A DNA stretch of 64,000 nt from Octopus sinensis (lineage: Eukaryota). The DNA lies in contig NC_043024.1 of NCBI RefSeq assembly GCF_006345805.1, positions 12,338,001 through 12,402,000 on the forward strand, in the 5' to 3' direction. Shown piece after piece: positions 41,330 to 54,065 of this stretch. The stretch's first letter is position 1, and each line of letters starts with the position of its first letter. Below the pieces are notes generated by a model. The model was not told the origin of the DNA and did no database searches. It worked only from the letters and a program-made list of their open reading frames with translations. The position numbers and the translations under genes were made by a program.

Positions 41330-41592
41330 ATATATATACACATACATTTGTGTATGTGTGTTGTCTTTAACACTTTAAAAAAAAGACAGGTGTTTGTGTG
41401 TGTGCATGCATTTTGTACATGTGTACACATATGATGTATGTATGTGTGTGTGTATATATATATATATATGCATACATTTATATATATAAATATATACACA
41501 CACAAACACGCATACATATATACACATACAGGGAAAGAATCCTCTTTTTTTTCTTTCTCTACATTTTGTCTTCTACTGGTTCCAAAATATAC

Positions 41593-41806
41593 CTGATTGG
41601 TGCGACATCACTGTTCCGTCTCTGTCGTTCCACATCTGGTATTCCATGCCATGTGAATTGTAAACTCCAATCAAATCCTCCTATACTTGTGCTCTTAGCG
41701 CTACCGTATTGGTAGCGGAATGACTCATCCTCGACCACATCTATCACAGGAGTCACAACATTTGACTTGTTTTCTCCTATTCTGTCTAGCAAAGGCTCCA
41801 GCCAGC
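41593..41806 (-). CDS. pgant9: GALNT catalytic exon, variant B1 (canonical): GWLEPLLDRIGENKSNVVTPVIDVVEDESFRYQYGSAKSTSIGGFDWSLQFTWHGIPDVERQRRNSDVAPIR
   Basis: aattctag acceptor, AG|gtatat donor, 214 nt, phase 1-2, no stops; canonical GGFDW. Confidence 0.95.
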
Positions 41807-41961
41807 CTAGAATTGGACAAAATTAAGGTGGATGATGACAGATATAATGAAAGGTGTATATATAGAGAGGGTGATGATATATAAAATGATACATATGTGT
41901 GTGTATATATATATAGTAGATGATGACTGACAAAATGATATATATATATATATATACACAC

Positions 41962-43446
41962 ACCCAAAACCATGCTAATAGCTTGGTTTTTTGTGAGTCA
42001 ATTTTGATAAACCTTTTCTCAGCTGATTTGCACACTATGGCAACACCTTTGTTATGTTTTCATTATTTTGTGTAACGTCCTTTCTTCTTTTATTTCAGAT
42101 TCTTCAGTTTTTGGGTGAACCACGCTATTAGCCCATCTAGACATTTTTTTTTTTTCATAAAATGAAGAGTAATGATAACATATTTAAGCATACATTGAGT
42201 ACATATTTAGCAGAAAACCATAATAATGTTATAACATTTATTGACATAATGAATTATTTGGACACATGACCGCCAAGGAAGAAACAATCCAATTGTGGGA
42301 CCTCCAAGACTGTTACAGCTAGGGATTTAAGGAATATTGGCCTCAAGTTATGTGGGAAACCTGGACAAACAAGCAAAGCCATTTTCACCACTTCCGGACT
42401 TCCTCATGTACAGAAAACCAGCAGAAACTGCATCCTTGGGAGAATCCCAGAAACTGACCCCTCAGAGGAGTTTGAGGCTTCAATGGGCCCAAAAGTACAT
42501 GACATTAGACATGAGTTGTGTTTTGTTCACTGACGAAACCAGGGCAACCTTTGGTGAACCTGGTAGTTTCGCAAATGGTTGGGTCTATTATGGAGATGAG
42601 CGCCAACAACGTTTGCGACATCAAACATAGGATGGAGGGGTCATGTTGTGAGCTGGTATCATTGGAGACAGACCTGTTGGCCCAGTCACCATGCCTGAAG
42701 AGATTAAAATGCCCGCAGCTGTCTACTGCAGTCTCCTGAACGAGGTCTTGGATCCCTGGCTAGATGACGTACCACTGCCACCTCTAAGGAGTCTTGTATT
42801 CATGCATGACAATGCTCCCTCCCACTCTGCTAGGACCACCCAAACATTCCTAGGGTTTTACGGCATACAAGGTGAAAGGTCGATGGTGTGGCTGCCAGCA
42901 TCTTTGAATCTCAGCCCTACTGAAAATCTTTGGTCTATCATTACACAAGATATTTATGCTGATGGACGCCAATTTATGCTGAAAGATGTCTTATGGGCAA
43001 CCATCAAGGCTGCAGGAGAAGCAATCCAATCTGCTTCTATTAAGAAATTGACAGATTCCAAGACAAATAGGGTTTTAAAAGTTATCCATCCAAATGGCAC
43101 TCATGTGGCTAAATAATTCCTTATGTCAATAAATGTTATATTATTATTATGGTTTTCTGTTAAATTTATACTCAATGTATGCTTAATACGTATCGTTACT
43201 CTTTATTTTCTGAAAAAAAAAAAATGTCTAGATGGGCTATTTTCATTCAAAAGCTATTAGTGTGGTTCACCCAAAAACTGAAGAATCTGAAATAAAAGAA
43301 GAAAGGACGTTACACAGAATAATGAAAACGTAACAAAGGTGTTGCCATAGTGTGCAAACCAGCTGAGAAAAGTTTTATCAAAATCAATTCACAGAAAACC
43401 AAGAAATCTTAAATTTCACTCCTAAGCTATTAGCATGGTTCTGTGT
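41962..43446 (+). mobile_element. Tc1-like transposon with long (~280-320 bp) TIRs; transposase degenerate and partly deleted
   Basis: IRs ~41967-42249 and ~43121-43441; VLFTDETR, FMHDNAPSHSART, WLPASLNLSPTENLWSII; flanked by TA/CA microsatellite. Confidence 0.9.
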
Positions 43447-43500
<54 letters not shown>

Positions 43501-44336
43501 TGGATGATGAAGATGATACATAAATATACAGTGCATTACAGAAAAATTGAATATGATGCAAAAATTGGATATTTGATATTTGCTTAAGCCAAAATTTCAA
43601 AATTTGAATTGTATTAGGTTCACAGATTCTACACTCACCTATTGTCAGTATTTTGTTGATATAAGCTAACTGCTATGATTACATATAAAACCTTGTTAAA
43701 AGTTTAATACCCAAAATATTAGAATGTAATATCAAAGTGAGTTCATTTGACGTCGATGACTGCCAGCATATATTGTGATATTGAGGACACTGACCAGTGA
43801 TAAAGGTCAGCCCTGGGTCTCGATAGCAGTATTCAGTGCTGCATGACCATTGGACAACAAACGAACTCATTCTAAACTCTTTTCCATGGATTCTCTTTGG
43901 GCTCGACGTAAAAACTGCTCTCAGAACTTTCTAAGCTACAATCACACTTGAATAGTGTCACACAGCAAGGGTTTCTCTAGAGAACAACTTATTCAGATAG
44001 TCAATGAAGCCACAGGAGTTCAAAAAAGTACTGACATTCAATAACTATGAGATAAATCGAATTCTATGAAATCTTGAAATTTTAAGGCTCAACCCATGGA
44101 AACTACAGTTCATATCAACAAATTAGCTGCTCATATCAGCAAATTACAGACAGTAGATCAGTAACGATTCATAAAAAATTATTACAATTGAAATTTTGGT
44201 ATTCAAAGTTACCTAACAGTAAAAGTGCAATTTTTGCACAATATTCTAATTTACTGATGTACATTGCATGCATATATATATTTGTATGAGTAAGTGTGTG
44301 TGTGTGACTGTATATGTGCATATATATGTATGTGCA

Positions 44337-44383
<47 letters not shown>

Positions 44384-44431
44384 GTGGTATGTATATATTT
44401 ATCAATTTATCTATCTATCTATCTATCTATC

Positions 44432-44463
<32 letters not shown>

Positions 44464-44480
44464 AAATAATATGTTACATT

Positions 44481-44624
44481 TACTCAATAGTCAAGATAAA
44501 ACTTTGAGTTTCAGATGGCGAAGTGGAAATCCACAACACCATCTCTTCTGATAACCGAAGAGATGGAGTTGTGGATTTCCACTTCGCCATCTGAAACTCA
44601 GAGTTTTATCTTGACTATTGAGTA
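44481..44624. repeat. 144-bp near-perfect hairpin (68-bp arms, ~8-nt loop)
   Basis: tactcaatagtcaagataaaact..gaagtggaaatccacaac.ccatctcttc / gaagagatgg.gttgtggatttccacttc..agttttatcttgactattgagta. Confidence 0.92.
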
Positions 44625-44764
44625 TTTCCTCTATTTACATAATATTGAGGTCTCTTTCTTTCTTTTGTTATCTTACCGTTTTTACCAATATATATATATA
44701 TATACCTTATACACACACAGATGTACTCATACACACACATGTACACAGATGAATTTGTATGAGT

Positions 44765-45050
44765 GTGAGAATAATCTTAGGATAGTTAACTTTCTTGAAG
44801 TCATGTTGGAGCTTAACTCGGTTATTCTACTCATGCCACGAAATGGATAATAATGTCAATTACATAAACTGCTACTCCAATTACTCCTAAAAAGATTGTT
44901 AATTCTATCATTAAAGGTGTCCCCAGTAGAATTTCATATCTATCAGCAAATGAAAATATTTTTAGGCAGCTTTTTGTTTCTATAATGAGGCTCTCAATAG
45001 GGCTGCATACAAGGAAAATAATTACTTTTATACCTAGATATGGTGGGCCC
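44765..45050 (+). mobile_element. Penelope-like retroelement fragment (RT C-terminal region)
   Basis: LRIVNFLEVMLEL followed by YINCYSN...IIKGVPSRISYLSANENIF resembles the Penelope thumb region; identified by motif recall only. Confidence 0.55.
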
Positions 45051-45749
45051 TTAATAATGGGATAAGCAATAATAGTACAAGTGGTTCTAAATAGAATTCT
45101 ATGAGCAACATCATCAAAGAACAAGACTAAAAATAGTCAAAATAACATCTATAATAATAATAATAAAAATAAAAATGATATAATTAATAAAACTAAAAAT
45201 AATAATAAAAATAATATTAATAATAATAATAAATAAAAATAATATAATTAATAAAACTAAAAATAATAAAAACATGAACAAAAATGTAGAGGCCATATCT
45301 GGATCCTCAACACAACATACTATCCCCAAAAAACTAACCCTCCTAAGAACAACCCACTTTCTTTGCAAGACATTATTAATACAACAAAACAAGCCACAAA
45401 CACAAGAAACACTGCATATAGCAAATATCCAATGAAATAAACAACCACCAGCAGGTTGTATTCACAATAGAACATAGATTGCATTGCACACACAATACAA
45501 ACACTAATACATTAAAAGACTGCAACAAGACCCCATAAAAAAAACAAACGGATGTAATACAATAATAGGATGAGTTTGCACTCCCCCAACAACAAGAAGG
45601 AACACAGAATAACTGTGCACACCCCAGCAAAAAGAAGGTGGAGCAGGTGATACAGTAGAAATTTGATTAAAACTACCAAATGTTGAAAAATAATAATAAC
45701 AGGAAGAAGAACTGACAAGTGCAAATGAACTGCTGAGTAATGTGAAAAC

Positions 45750-46370
45750 ATAGAGGGACATTTTGCAAGGAGACTTGCTCTCTCTGTACGTTAATCCCTC
45801 TGACGAGTTTACTCAGAAAAATGCAGGCCTGTCTATTAGTTTATGAAAAACCAAGATGAAAATAAATCACCTACTTTATATGGATGACCTTAAGATATAT
45901 GCAAAAAAGGAGACAGACCTGGATTCTTTGCTCCAAATCTTGAGAGGATTCAGTGAAGACATAACAATACAGTTTAGGGCAGATGAGTGTGCAGAACTAA
46001 TTATGAAGAGAGTCGGTAAGACAAACGATGAAGGCATAAAATTACCATAAAACAACATCATTAATTTGCTGTGGAGTAATGAGATTATACAAATGCCTGG
46101 GGGTGCTTTAAAACGATAGGAAAGAGGAATGAGAGAGAAAATCTCTAAAGAGTACAAGAAAAAGAATTTTGAAGCTACTTAAATTAAATGGAGGGAATAT
46201 CATTAATGCAATAAATTGATAGGCTACGCCAGTCCTGAGATACTCTGATCCCTTTCGGAAATGGCCAAAGGTCAAGCTACTGAACTCAGAAGAATTAGAA
46301 AGCTGCTCACAGTGCAAATGCATCCTGAAAGTAAGAGAGACAGGACTCTTCCTACCAAGAAAATCCTTCA
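45750..46370 (+). mobile_element. R4/Dong-like RT fragment
   Basis: LQGDLLS, KINHLLYMDDLKIYAK, LKLLKLNGGNIINAIN. Confidence 0.75.
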
Positions 46371-47669
46371 ATTTACTTCCAGCCTTGGGATATCTTTATA
46401 GTAACTGTATCATGCTCCCTATTTGCAGGCCTTATAATTCTCTATAATTTGTTATAATCCTAAAAACTCTCTGAACATTAATTAGTGTATAGGACCCCTA
46501 AAGCTCTTTTAATATCTTTTTAATCCTATTTTAAATTGCTTTGTAATGTTTTTCACTCCCGACTGGACTTCCAGGATTTTGCTTTATTCTAAACAATTTT
46601 GTGGCAATTTTGGCCGATATAAAAGTTTATCAGCTCAGCTTCTCATTCTCAATTAAGCTCTGGCCTTTCAACTGATAGATTCTTTACAACTAATTAACTG
46701 ATATCTACATATTTAGTTGTTCAACCTACATCAATTCATAAATTTATATCTTTTAAGTTGACACAGTTTATTGCACATACAAACTTTCATTATATTAAGC
46801 TGCACATTTATTTCATTGCTTATCTCGATACCATCTTCCTGTCAGTGCATTGAACACTTTCTCTCTTTCCTTTTTTTATCGTATCTTGTTTCTATTACTT
46901 CTTATCCTCTTCCTCCTTAACCTTCTCCACTGTTCCACTCATTCACAGAACACTTAGCTAATCTGCAGTTTAACCCTAAATTATTCTCCCTGTATTATGA
47001 TAAGCTGGATTTCCATTCAATGAGGTTAATAATCTACTAGGTCAGTAATGTTCTCTCAGAATTCCTGCCTTTGAACATGGTTTCAAAGGGTCAAATGTCA
47101 TGCTTGGAAAGTTCTATGAGCTCTATTCAAGCAAGTTCTGCCACAATTGGCATCTATTGATAAGGCTGATAGGCTTTATGTCTCTTTTAGAATATTAATG
47201 CTTTAAACTGTCCTTATATTTACTACCTTATTGCAAATATCCATTTTAAATTTCTAGAGTGTTGGTAATTCAGATTAGGATTTACTTGTTGACAATCAGT
47301 CGATTAATCAACAAGTCAATGCTCATTTATTTCACAGCCTGATGAGTTGGGAGGAGTTATGCAACGTATTATGCACACTAGTTCTATTATACTTTTGCCT
47401 CAATGAAAACTTCGAATGAAACGATTGTAACAAGACCAGATAATGTATTTGTTTTTATCATATACATACATATATCTAAAGACATATACATACACATGTA
47501 TACACACACACTCATGTACACACATATATACACACACACTCATGTACACACATATATACATATATATACACACACACTAGAGTGTGACAAAATCAAAAAC
47601 AAACAATATGCATGTGCAAAATTCAAAATATGAAATGGCAACATTTTGCCCATCACACACACACACACA

Positions 47670-47711
<42 letters not shown>

Positions 47712-47960
47712 TTCTATATACATTTGAAAAATAATTGCATATATGTGTATGCCTGTATATATATCTTATCATCATCGTATTAATATATATCATTCTCATT
47801 TTCCCTATCCTCCCCACCCCGCTATTTGCCTCTGATGACAAAATATCCCATACTCGAGGATATTCCAGAAACAGTTGTAAGATTTTGAATTTCTTCCTAT
47901 AATAATATTGCATATAATTTGAGATGTTTGCCTTACCTTAATGTTTACTGTCCTGTGTTT

Positions 47961-48007
<47 letters not shown>

Positions 48008-51000
48008 TAGATATAGATATGCAAACATATTTACATACATATATTTACATGCATACATATACGCACATATATGTGGATACATATATACACATATATCAAT
48101 ATACACACATATATGCATATATATACTTATATACACACATGTATTTATACATATATTTATCTGAATACACAATAGTTTATGTGCATGTATTTATATACCC
48201 AGATGTGTATATGCAAACACATATATAATATATATATATATAAGTGGAGGCAGAATGGCCCAGTGGTTAGGTCAGTGGATTTGTGGTCGTAGGATTGCAG
48301 TTTCAATTCCCAGACCATGCCTTGTAAGTATTTAATGAGTGAAAACACCTAAAGCTCCCCTAGGCTTCGGAAGGGGGTGGTGGCGATACTCTTTTACCAC
48401 AACTTCTTCTCACTATTTCTTCTGTTGGCCTGCTCACTTAGCCAGCAGGATGGTGTCATTTGAAGGCTAAAAGAATGCAAAGTGCATTGTGACCAGCGAT
48501 GTGTAGTGACATCTGATAGCCTGGTCGGTCACTGTGATATATATTCATACACAGTGTGCAAGAGTGTTTCTGAAGGCACTTAATCCCCATTATATCACTC
48601 TTTCCAAACTAATAAAAACGTGTCTGTCTTATAGATCCCCCATTTTAGGTAAAATGCTGACACAAGAAAAAACATGCAGTCCTTGTTGCTTTATGTTTAG
48701 AAAAGGCCTTTTGTAGACACCGTTTGGATGAAACTGGAAGCCTTTGGTGAGAATGTTTAAACTATATCAAGGAGAAAAATCATTCCAAACATTTAGACAT
48801 TATGAAGATTGCAGAACCCATCCAACAAGTTCAAAACATTAGTGATGATGATTTTGAAAAATCAAGATGACCAAAGAACCTCAGGAGGGGCTACCAAATG
48901 TACTGAGGAGAGGTCGATTTAGGATTGCAGTGACACCAGAAATGCATCTGATCCATGCAAAAGAGTTCCTTAACAAAGTTTAAGAACCTCTCATGAAAAT
49001 AGACTTTTGGCCCAACTATGTCATCAAGACTAGAAACATTTGCAGCAACTGCACAATGACTGCACAAACTAAATGCAAGCCAAAAATGGAGAGGCAAAAA
49101 CGTGACCATGAAAAGCAAAATCAAACCCCTGTGTGTTGGCTCACTTCATCATCCTGTTCACATGTGAGATGTGGAATCCCATTGCAGAGATACAAACACT
49201 GGAAATGAGAAGATGGTACAATATCTGAGGCTTTTCCATACTGAAACTACATTATAAGGGAACAGGTTTGTGAAACCATCCAACCCTGACTAACTTCCTC
49301 CCATGAAGACTTTCACAAAATGCTGTAGCAAAGGCTGGGATGGTGCGGCCATAGAACAAGATACAATGGAAGAAGTTGAGGGCACTAAGATAAGTGAAGC
49401 ACGCACTCATGCACTCAGATATGTGATTTTTACACACTCACACACACACACACACAGATACATATATAAACACTCACAAATATTCACAATCGTTTAAAGG
49501 TTTAGACAATGGATGTTATGAATGTTGTTTTGACAAAAAAGTTTATGGATGAATTATTGTCTTGTGTCAGGCTTTCAACAATTCTACCTTTGCCAAAATA
49601 TTCAAATGCTTTATTGTTAAGAACCAGGTAAGAGTTTTATGAAAGCTATGTCACCTACAACCCTACCGTCTCTATTTCTTTCTGACATAAAATGCACTTT
49701 GGATCACATTGTACAATTGGTCTTATAAAGAGAGTAGCAAGCAGTTTAAGGAAGATTTTAAAGTTCTGTTAGTCGTAGTAACAACACAAATAGCTTTTAC
49801 TCTTGCTGGGATGTTCACAACTACCATGAAGAGTTCAGCTCTAAGTGAAACTCTGAGTAGACCCTCATGTTTTTATATTTTAAACATATTTATCTTCGCT
49901 ACTGAATGTAGTGGGTTCTGTAATAATGCTTACAGTATGTTAAATACATTTTGTAATATACTTCCTAGCTCTTATGTTATATATCCAGGTGCATGACACC
50001 TTAGGCAAGTTTCTTCTACTTGGGCAAATCAAAGGGTTCAGTAGGCAGAAACTGAAAGAAGTCTGTGTGTGCACATGTGTGTGTGTGTGTGTGTGTGTGT
50101 ACATGTGCATAATATTTTCATGGTGAACTATGATTTTAAATCACTAAGAGCTTATTCAATTTCATAATCTTCTACAATGCTGCTGTATCTAAATTTACCA
50201 TTTTTCCATGATGATGGAGCTGTGGGAATTGCTAATTTTCATGCTCAAAGCCATGTGAAAATTCTTCAAGTTCACTGAGGCCGTGATTGTCAGGAGTGAT
50301 TATGTATACAACCGCAGGCCAAGTCAGTGAAGATTCATAATTTTCAATCTTTTTGACATGTGAAAATTTCTTTGTTGTTTTAAATTTTTTTTTTGGCTCT
50401 GACTATAGATTTATCAGAATTGCTAATAGAGCTTTTTAAACTTTTTATCAGCCATTCTTTGCTAAAATAATAATTTAAAATCACTACAGACCTGCAATTC
50501 ATATTTTTTATTCTAATTTGTTATTTTCACTGCCATGTCAACATTTTTACTTTTTGTTGGTTGTGGTTTATGCCATGAAGTCTGTGAGAAGACAAATTTA
50601 TCTAAATTCACAAAGTTCTTTACATAAATTCAGTATCCAGGTGCCATTATGAGTTCTAGACTTTTCTTAGCCTGGAATTGTCTGAGATCATTTGTTGAAT
50701 GATCCTGCTTTTATGAGCAAATTATGGACATAAAACTGAAATTGCCCAAAGGTAGCAAGCGTGATTTATGCCATCAAAAGCCAATTTCCCTCATAGTGTA
50801 GGACACAGTTGCATCATATGGGTGCAAGTCCTCCCTGATCTTCATTGATGCTGGCATCAAAGCAGTCAATCGAATAACTCTTTTGTCTTAATAACGGTCA
50901 ATCACACAGCAATTTCCCTTTGTATAACGGTAATTTTTCATAGCATTTTTCCGATGGCCAGATAACTTAAGAGATGGTGGCGTGGATTATTATTGAGTGA

Positions 51001-51639
51001 GAGTACAGTGCATGCCATCAAAGTGATACTAGGGTACAAATATATGAAACCCATTATACCCATCATGATTACATGCCTGATAAGGGTACACCAAGCACAG
51101 GCATCACAACCATATGTGTACAACACAGTGATTTAATATCAAGATAAACAGCACATGACCTTGCAGGTGGGACACAGTTAGAATTTTCTTCAGGTCAAGT
51201 AGCCCATCCTGCTTATTAGGTCCCTGAATAAAGGTTGAGGATGTTGAACGAAACACCCATGTTTCCAAAGATGAATTGTTCAAACCCCAAAGAATCCCTC
51301 TCAACACATGGCTATGATGCTCCCCCACTACTTCTGATCATGATCAGAGGTGCACATATTGTCAGCCTCTAAGAGACATGCTCAACTGGTTATGGTCAAA
51401 CAACTGACAAGCAAATCTGTGGTATTGAGCAGAATATTTGCTGTAGTCCATCTTTTATACTAAGACAAAACAATGTACATGATAACACTTCCAATCAGTT
51501 AAGATCAGAAACCATGAGAGCCACTGCCTGGTACTGCATCTGGGCTGCTATTATTTGGTTTGAGCCAGGTTTAGTCTTATTCCTGGTAGGATTTATGTGG
51601 GTAATGGGTTACTACATGTAACCTTAGGTATACAGAGGT

Positions 51640-53604
51640 ATTTTGTCTGTCGCTATGTTCTGAGTTTAAATTCCCCTGAGGCTGACTTTGCTTTTCATCC
51701 TTTTGGGGTTGATAAATCAAGTATCAGTGAAACACTGGGGTCGATGTAATTGGCAAGTCCCCTCCTTGAAAATTTCAGGCCTTGCACCTTTAGTAGAAAG
51801 GATTATTATTATTATTATTATTATTTCTGGGAGAATTTACGTGGCTAGCTGATTACTTCCTGTAACCCTAGATATCCACATAATTTCAATAAGCCATAGA
51901 AGAACTCACAGTCCTTCTAACAATCTTTCCTATTTCTAAGGGGCAAAGGTCTGCTGGACACTCTATTCCAATCGCTTTTATATATTTGTCAATCTCATCA
52001 CTCACAGCCTTTAATGAAACAATTATTACAAGTACAATCTTTACAATTTTTCTGCTCCAAATCCTTGTAACCTCAAATTTTAAGGAGTTGTATTTTTTCA
52101 TTTACTCTCTTCACAATGTGAGTATCAGATGACCAAAGATGACCAGTTTTCCTTTCTATTTTTGTTATGTTCTATCCTGTTGTCCTTTTAAAGTGGAAAC
52201 TCCTGCAGGTTTCCAACTCAAGTGTCCTTTCTGTCCAATGATTGTACCATGTACTTCCTGCTTCAAACTCTCACTCTTGACAAAGCTTCCAGTGTAAAAC
52301 TTTCACAATTTGTAAAACTTTCACAGGACGCCATGATAGATCATTAGCTCCTACACGCATTTTTTTCTCTCCTTTTTTTCTCTCCTAGTTTTTTCTGTAT
52401 ATCTTTCTGTCGAAGAGCGTAGGCTCGAAACGTAAAAGACTTTTTCCATTTCTATTCCTGAGCGCCATACTAATACATTTGTTTGTTTGTACTCCACCTG
52501 CCTTCGTCTTTTGTTTATTTTCATAAACTTTCCCGTTTCACAATTTCAGCCTGTTTCAATTTCTTTCATTCCGCTTAGACCAACTCAGGATATTCTGCAA
52601 CAATCTGTGCCATTGTTTCGTCCCAAAACACATTTTATTGACTCATTCTTCCCATACACATATTTTCTTTTGATTGTTGATTGTTTTTTAACACTTGATC
52701 TTCGGCAGCTGTAATAAAGTCCTCTCTTTCTTTTATCAGTTGTCCTGTTTCCGACCAAGCCTCGGCATTTGTTCCACACACATGCTCAGTGGCTTCCCAA
52801 AACTAACCATGGGAAAGTTTCTCATAATCTCTTTCACATTTTCTCTCATTTTCATTCTTCTCCTTCACCTCTTTCTCCAGTCTTCATTTCCTGTTCTTTT
52901 TCTTCAGTAACTTTTCTGTGCTGTTCTGTAAATAACCCAGTAAGCTGCTCCTTTCCACCTGCACACACTCTTCCACACCAATTAAGTCTCTTCTACCTCA
53001 GTCACTCTTCTTCCACAATCGACTGATATCAGCTTTTGGATTCTGCCCTCCGTACACAGTCAACAGCTTTCTAGTTTCCTTGTCAAGTTTCTGCATTTTG
53101 TCTTTTGTTCAATCCACAATTCCAGCTCCACATCTGACAATTGGAACTGTTCTTGAATTTACTGCTTCAAAGTCATGTATTGACTTCATCCTTGACTGTA
53201 ATATTTCCCTCACTCTCCCAGTCTACTCCCGACTGGTAATTTGCTTCATCTTTCCTTGTTATATTTCATCTGCCTCCAGTATTCCCAAATACTTAGACCC
53301 TTCTCCTTACTCACTTCATTTCATCATTTGCCCATTTGCCAATTCAATTCCTTGGCTTCCTTCAAATCTTTTCCATTTCATTTTCAAATTATTAACAGGC
53401 AGAATTGTCAGTACAATGGCGCAAAATGCTTAGCGGCATTTCATCCACCTCTCTGCTCTGAGTTGAAATTCTGCTGAGATCGGTTCTGCCTTTCATCATT
53501 TCAGGGTTGATAAATTAAATACCAGTTATACACTGGAGTCAATGTAATCCACTTACCCCTTCCCCAACATTTCTGATTTTGTGTCAATAGTAGAATGGAT
53601 TATA

Positions 53605-53635
<31 letters not shown>

Positions 53636-54065
53636 TATTATTATGACGAGGTTGACTTTACCTTTCATCCAATTGGGGCCAATGAAATAAGTACCAGTGA
53701 AACGCTGGGGGTCAATGTTATCAACTAGTCCCCTCCCCCAAAATTTCAGGCCTCGTGCCTTAATAGAAAGGATCATTACTATTATTATTATAAAAGAATT
53801 AATTATTAATAAAAGAATTAATTATTATTATTATTATTATTATTATATAAGATGGTGAGCTGGAAGAATTGTTAGTATGCTGAATGAAATGCTTAGCAGT
53901 ATTTCACCTGTTGTTATGTTCTGAGTTCAAATTCTGCAGAGGTCAGCTCTGCCTTTCATCCTTTTGGGTCGATAAAAAAAGTACCAGTTGGACACTGGGT
54001 TCGATGCAATTGACACATCTACCACCTCCCACAAACTGCCCTTGTGGCAAAAATTTGAAATAAAT
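51640..54065 (+). repeat. Cluster of four Meta-like SINE copies in plus orientation (~51640, 53420, 53645, 53850)
   Basis: ttctgagttcaaattc...gcctttcatcc..ttggggtcgataaa..aagtaccagt..actggggtc; opposite orientation to the copies at 2.6-38 kb. Confidence 0.75.

Noticed and set aside
23213-41806. Interpreting the three homologous exons as remnants of tandem gene copies or an assembly duplication
   Set aside because: No other exon is repeated, the copies are highly diverged from each other, and their flanks are unrelated.
48245-48320. tRNA-like A/B boxes (also near 39320, 32720-32782 and 53850)
   Set aside because: These are SINE heads followed by SINE bodies, with no complete cloverleaf.
48700-50950. 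Non-repetitive, coding-like stretches at ~48.7-49.4 kb and ~50.2-50.9 kb
   Set aside because: The frames I translated are interrupted by stops and show no motif I can assign; probably old TE debris.
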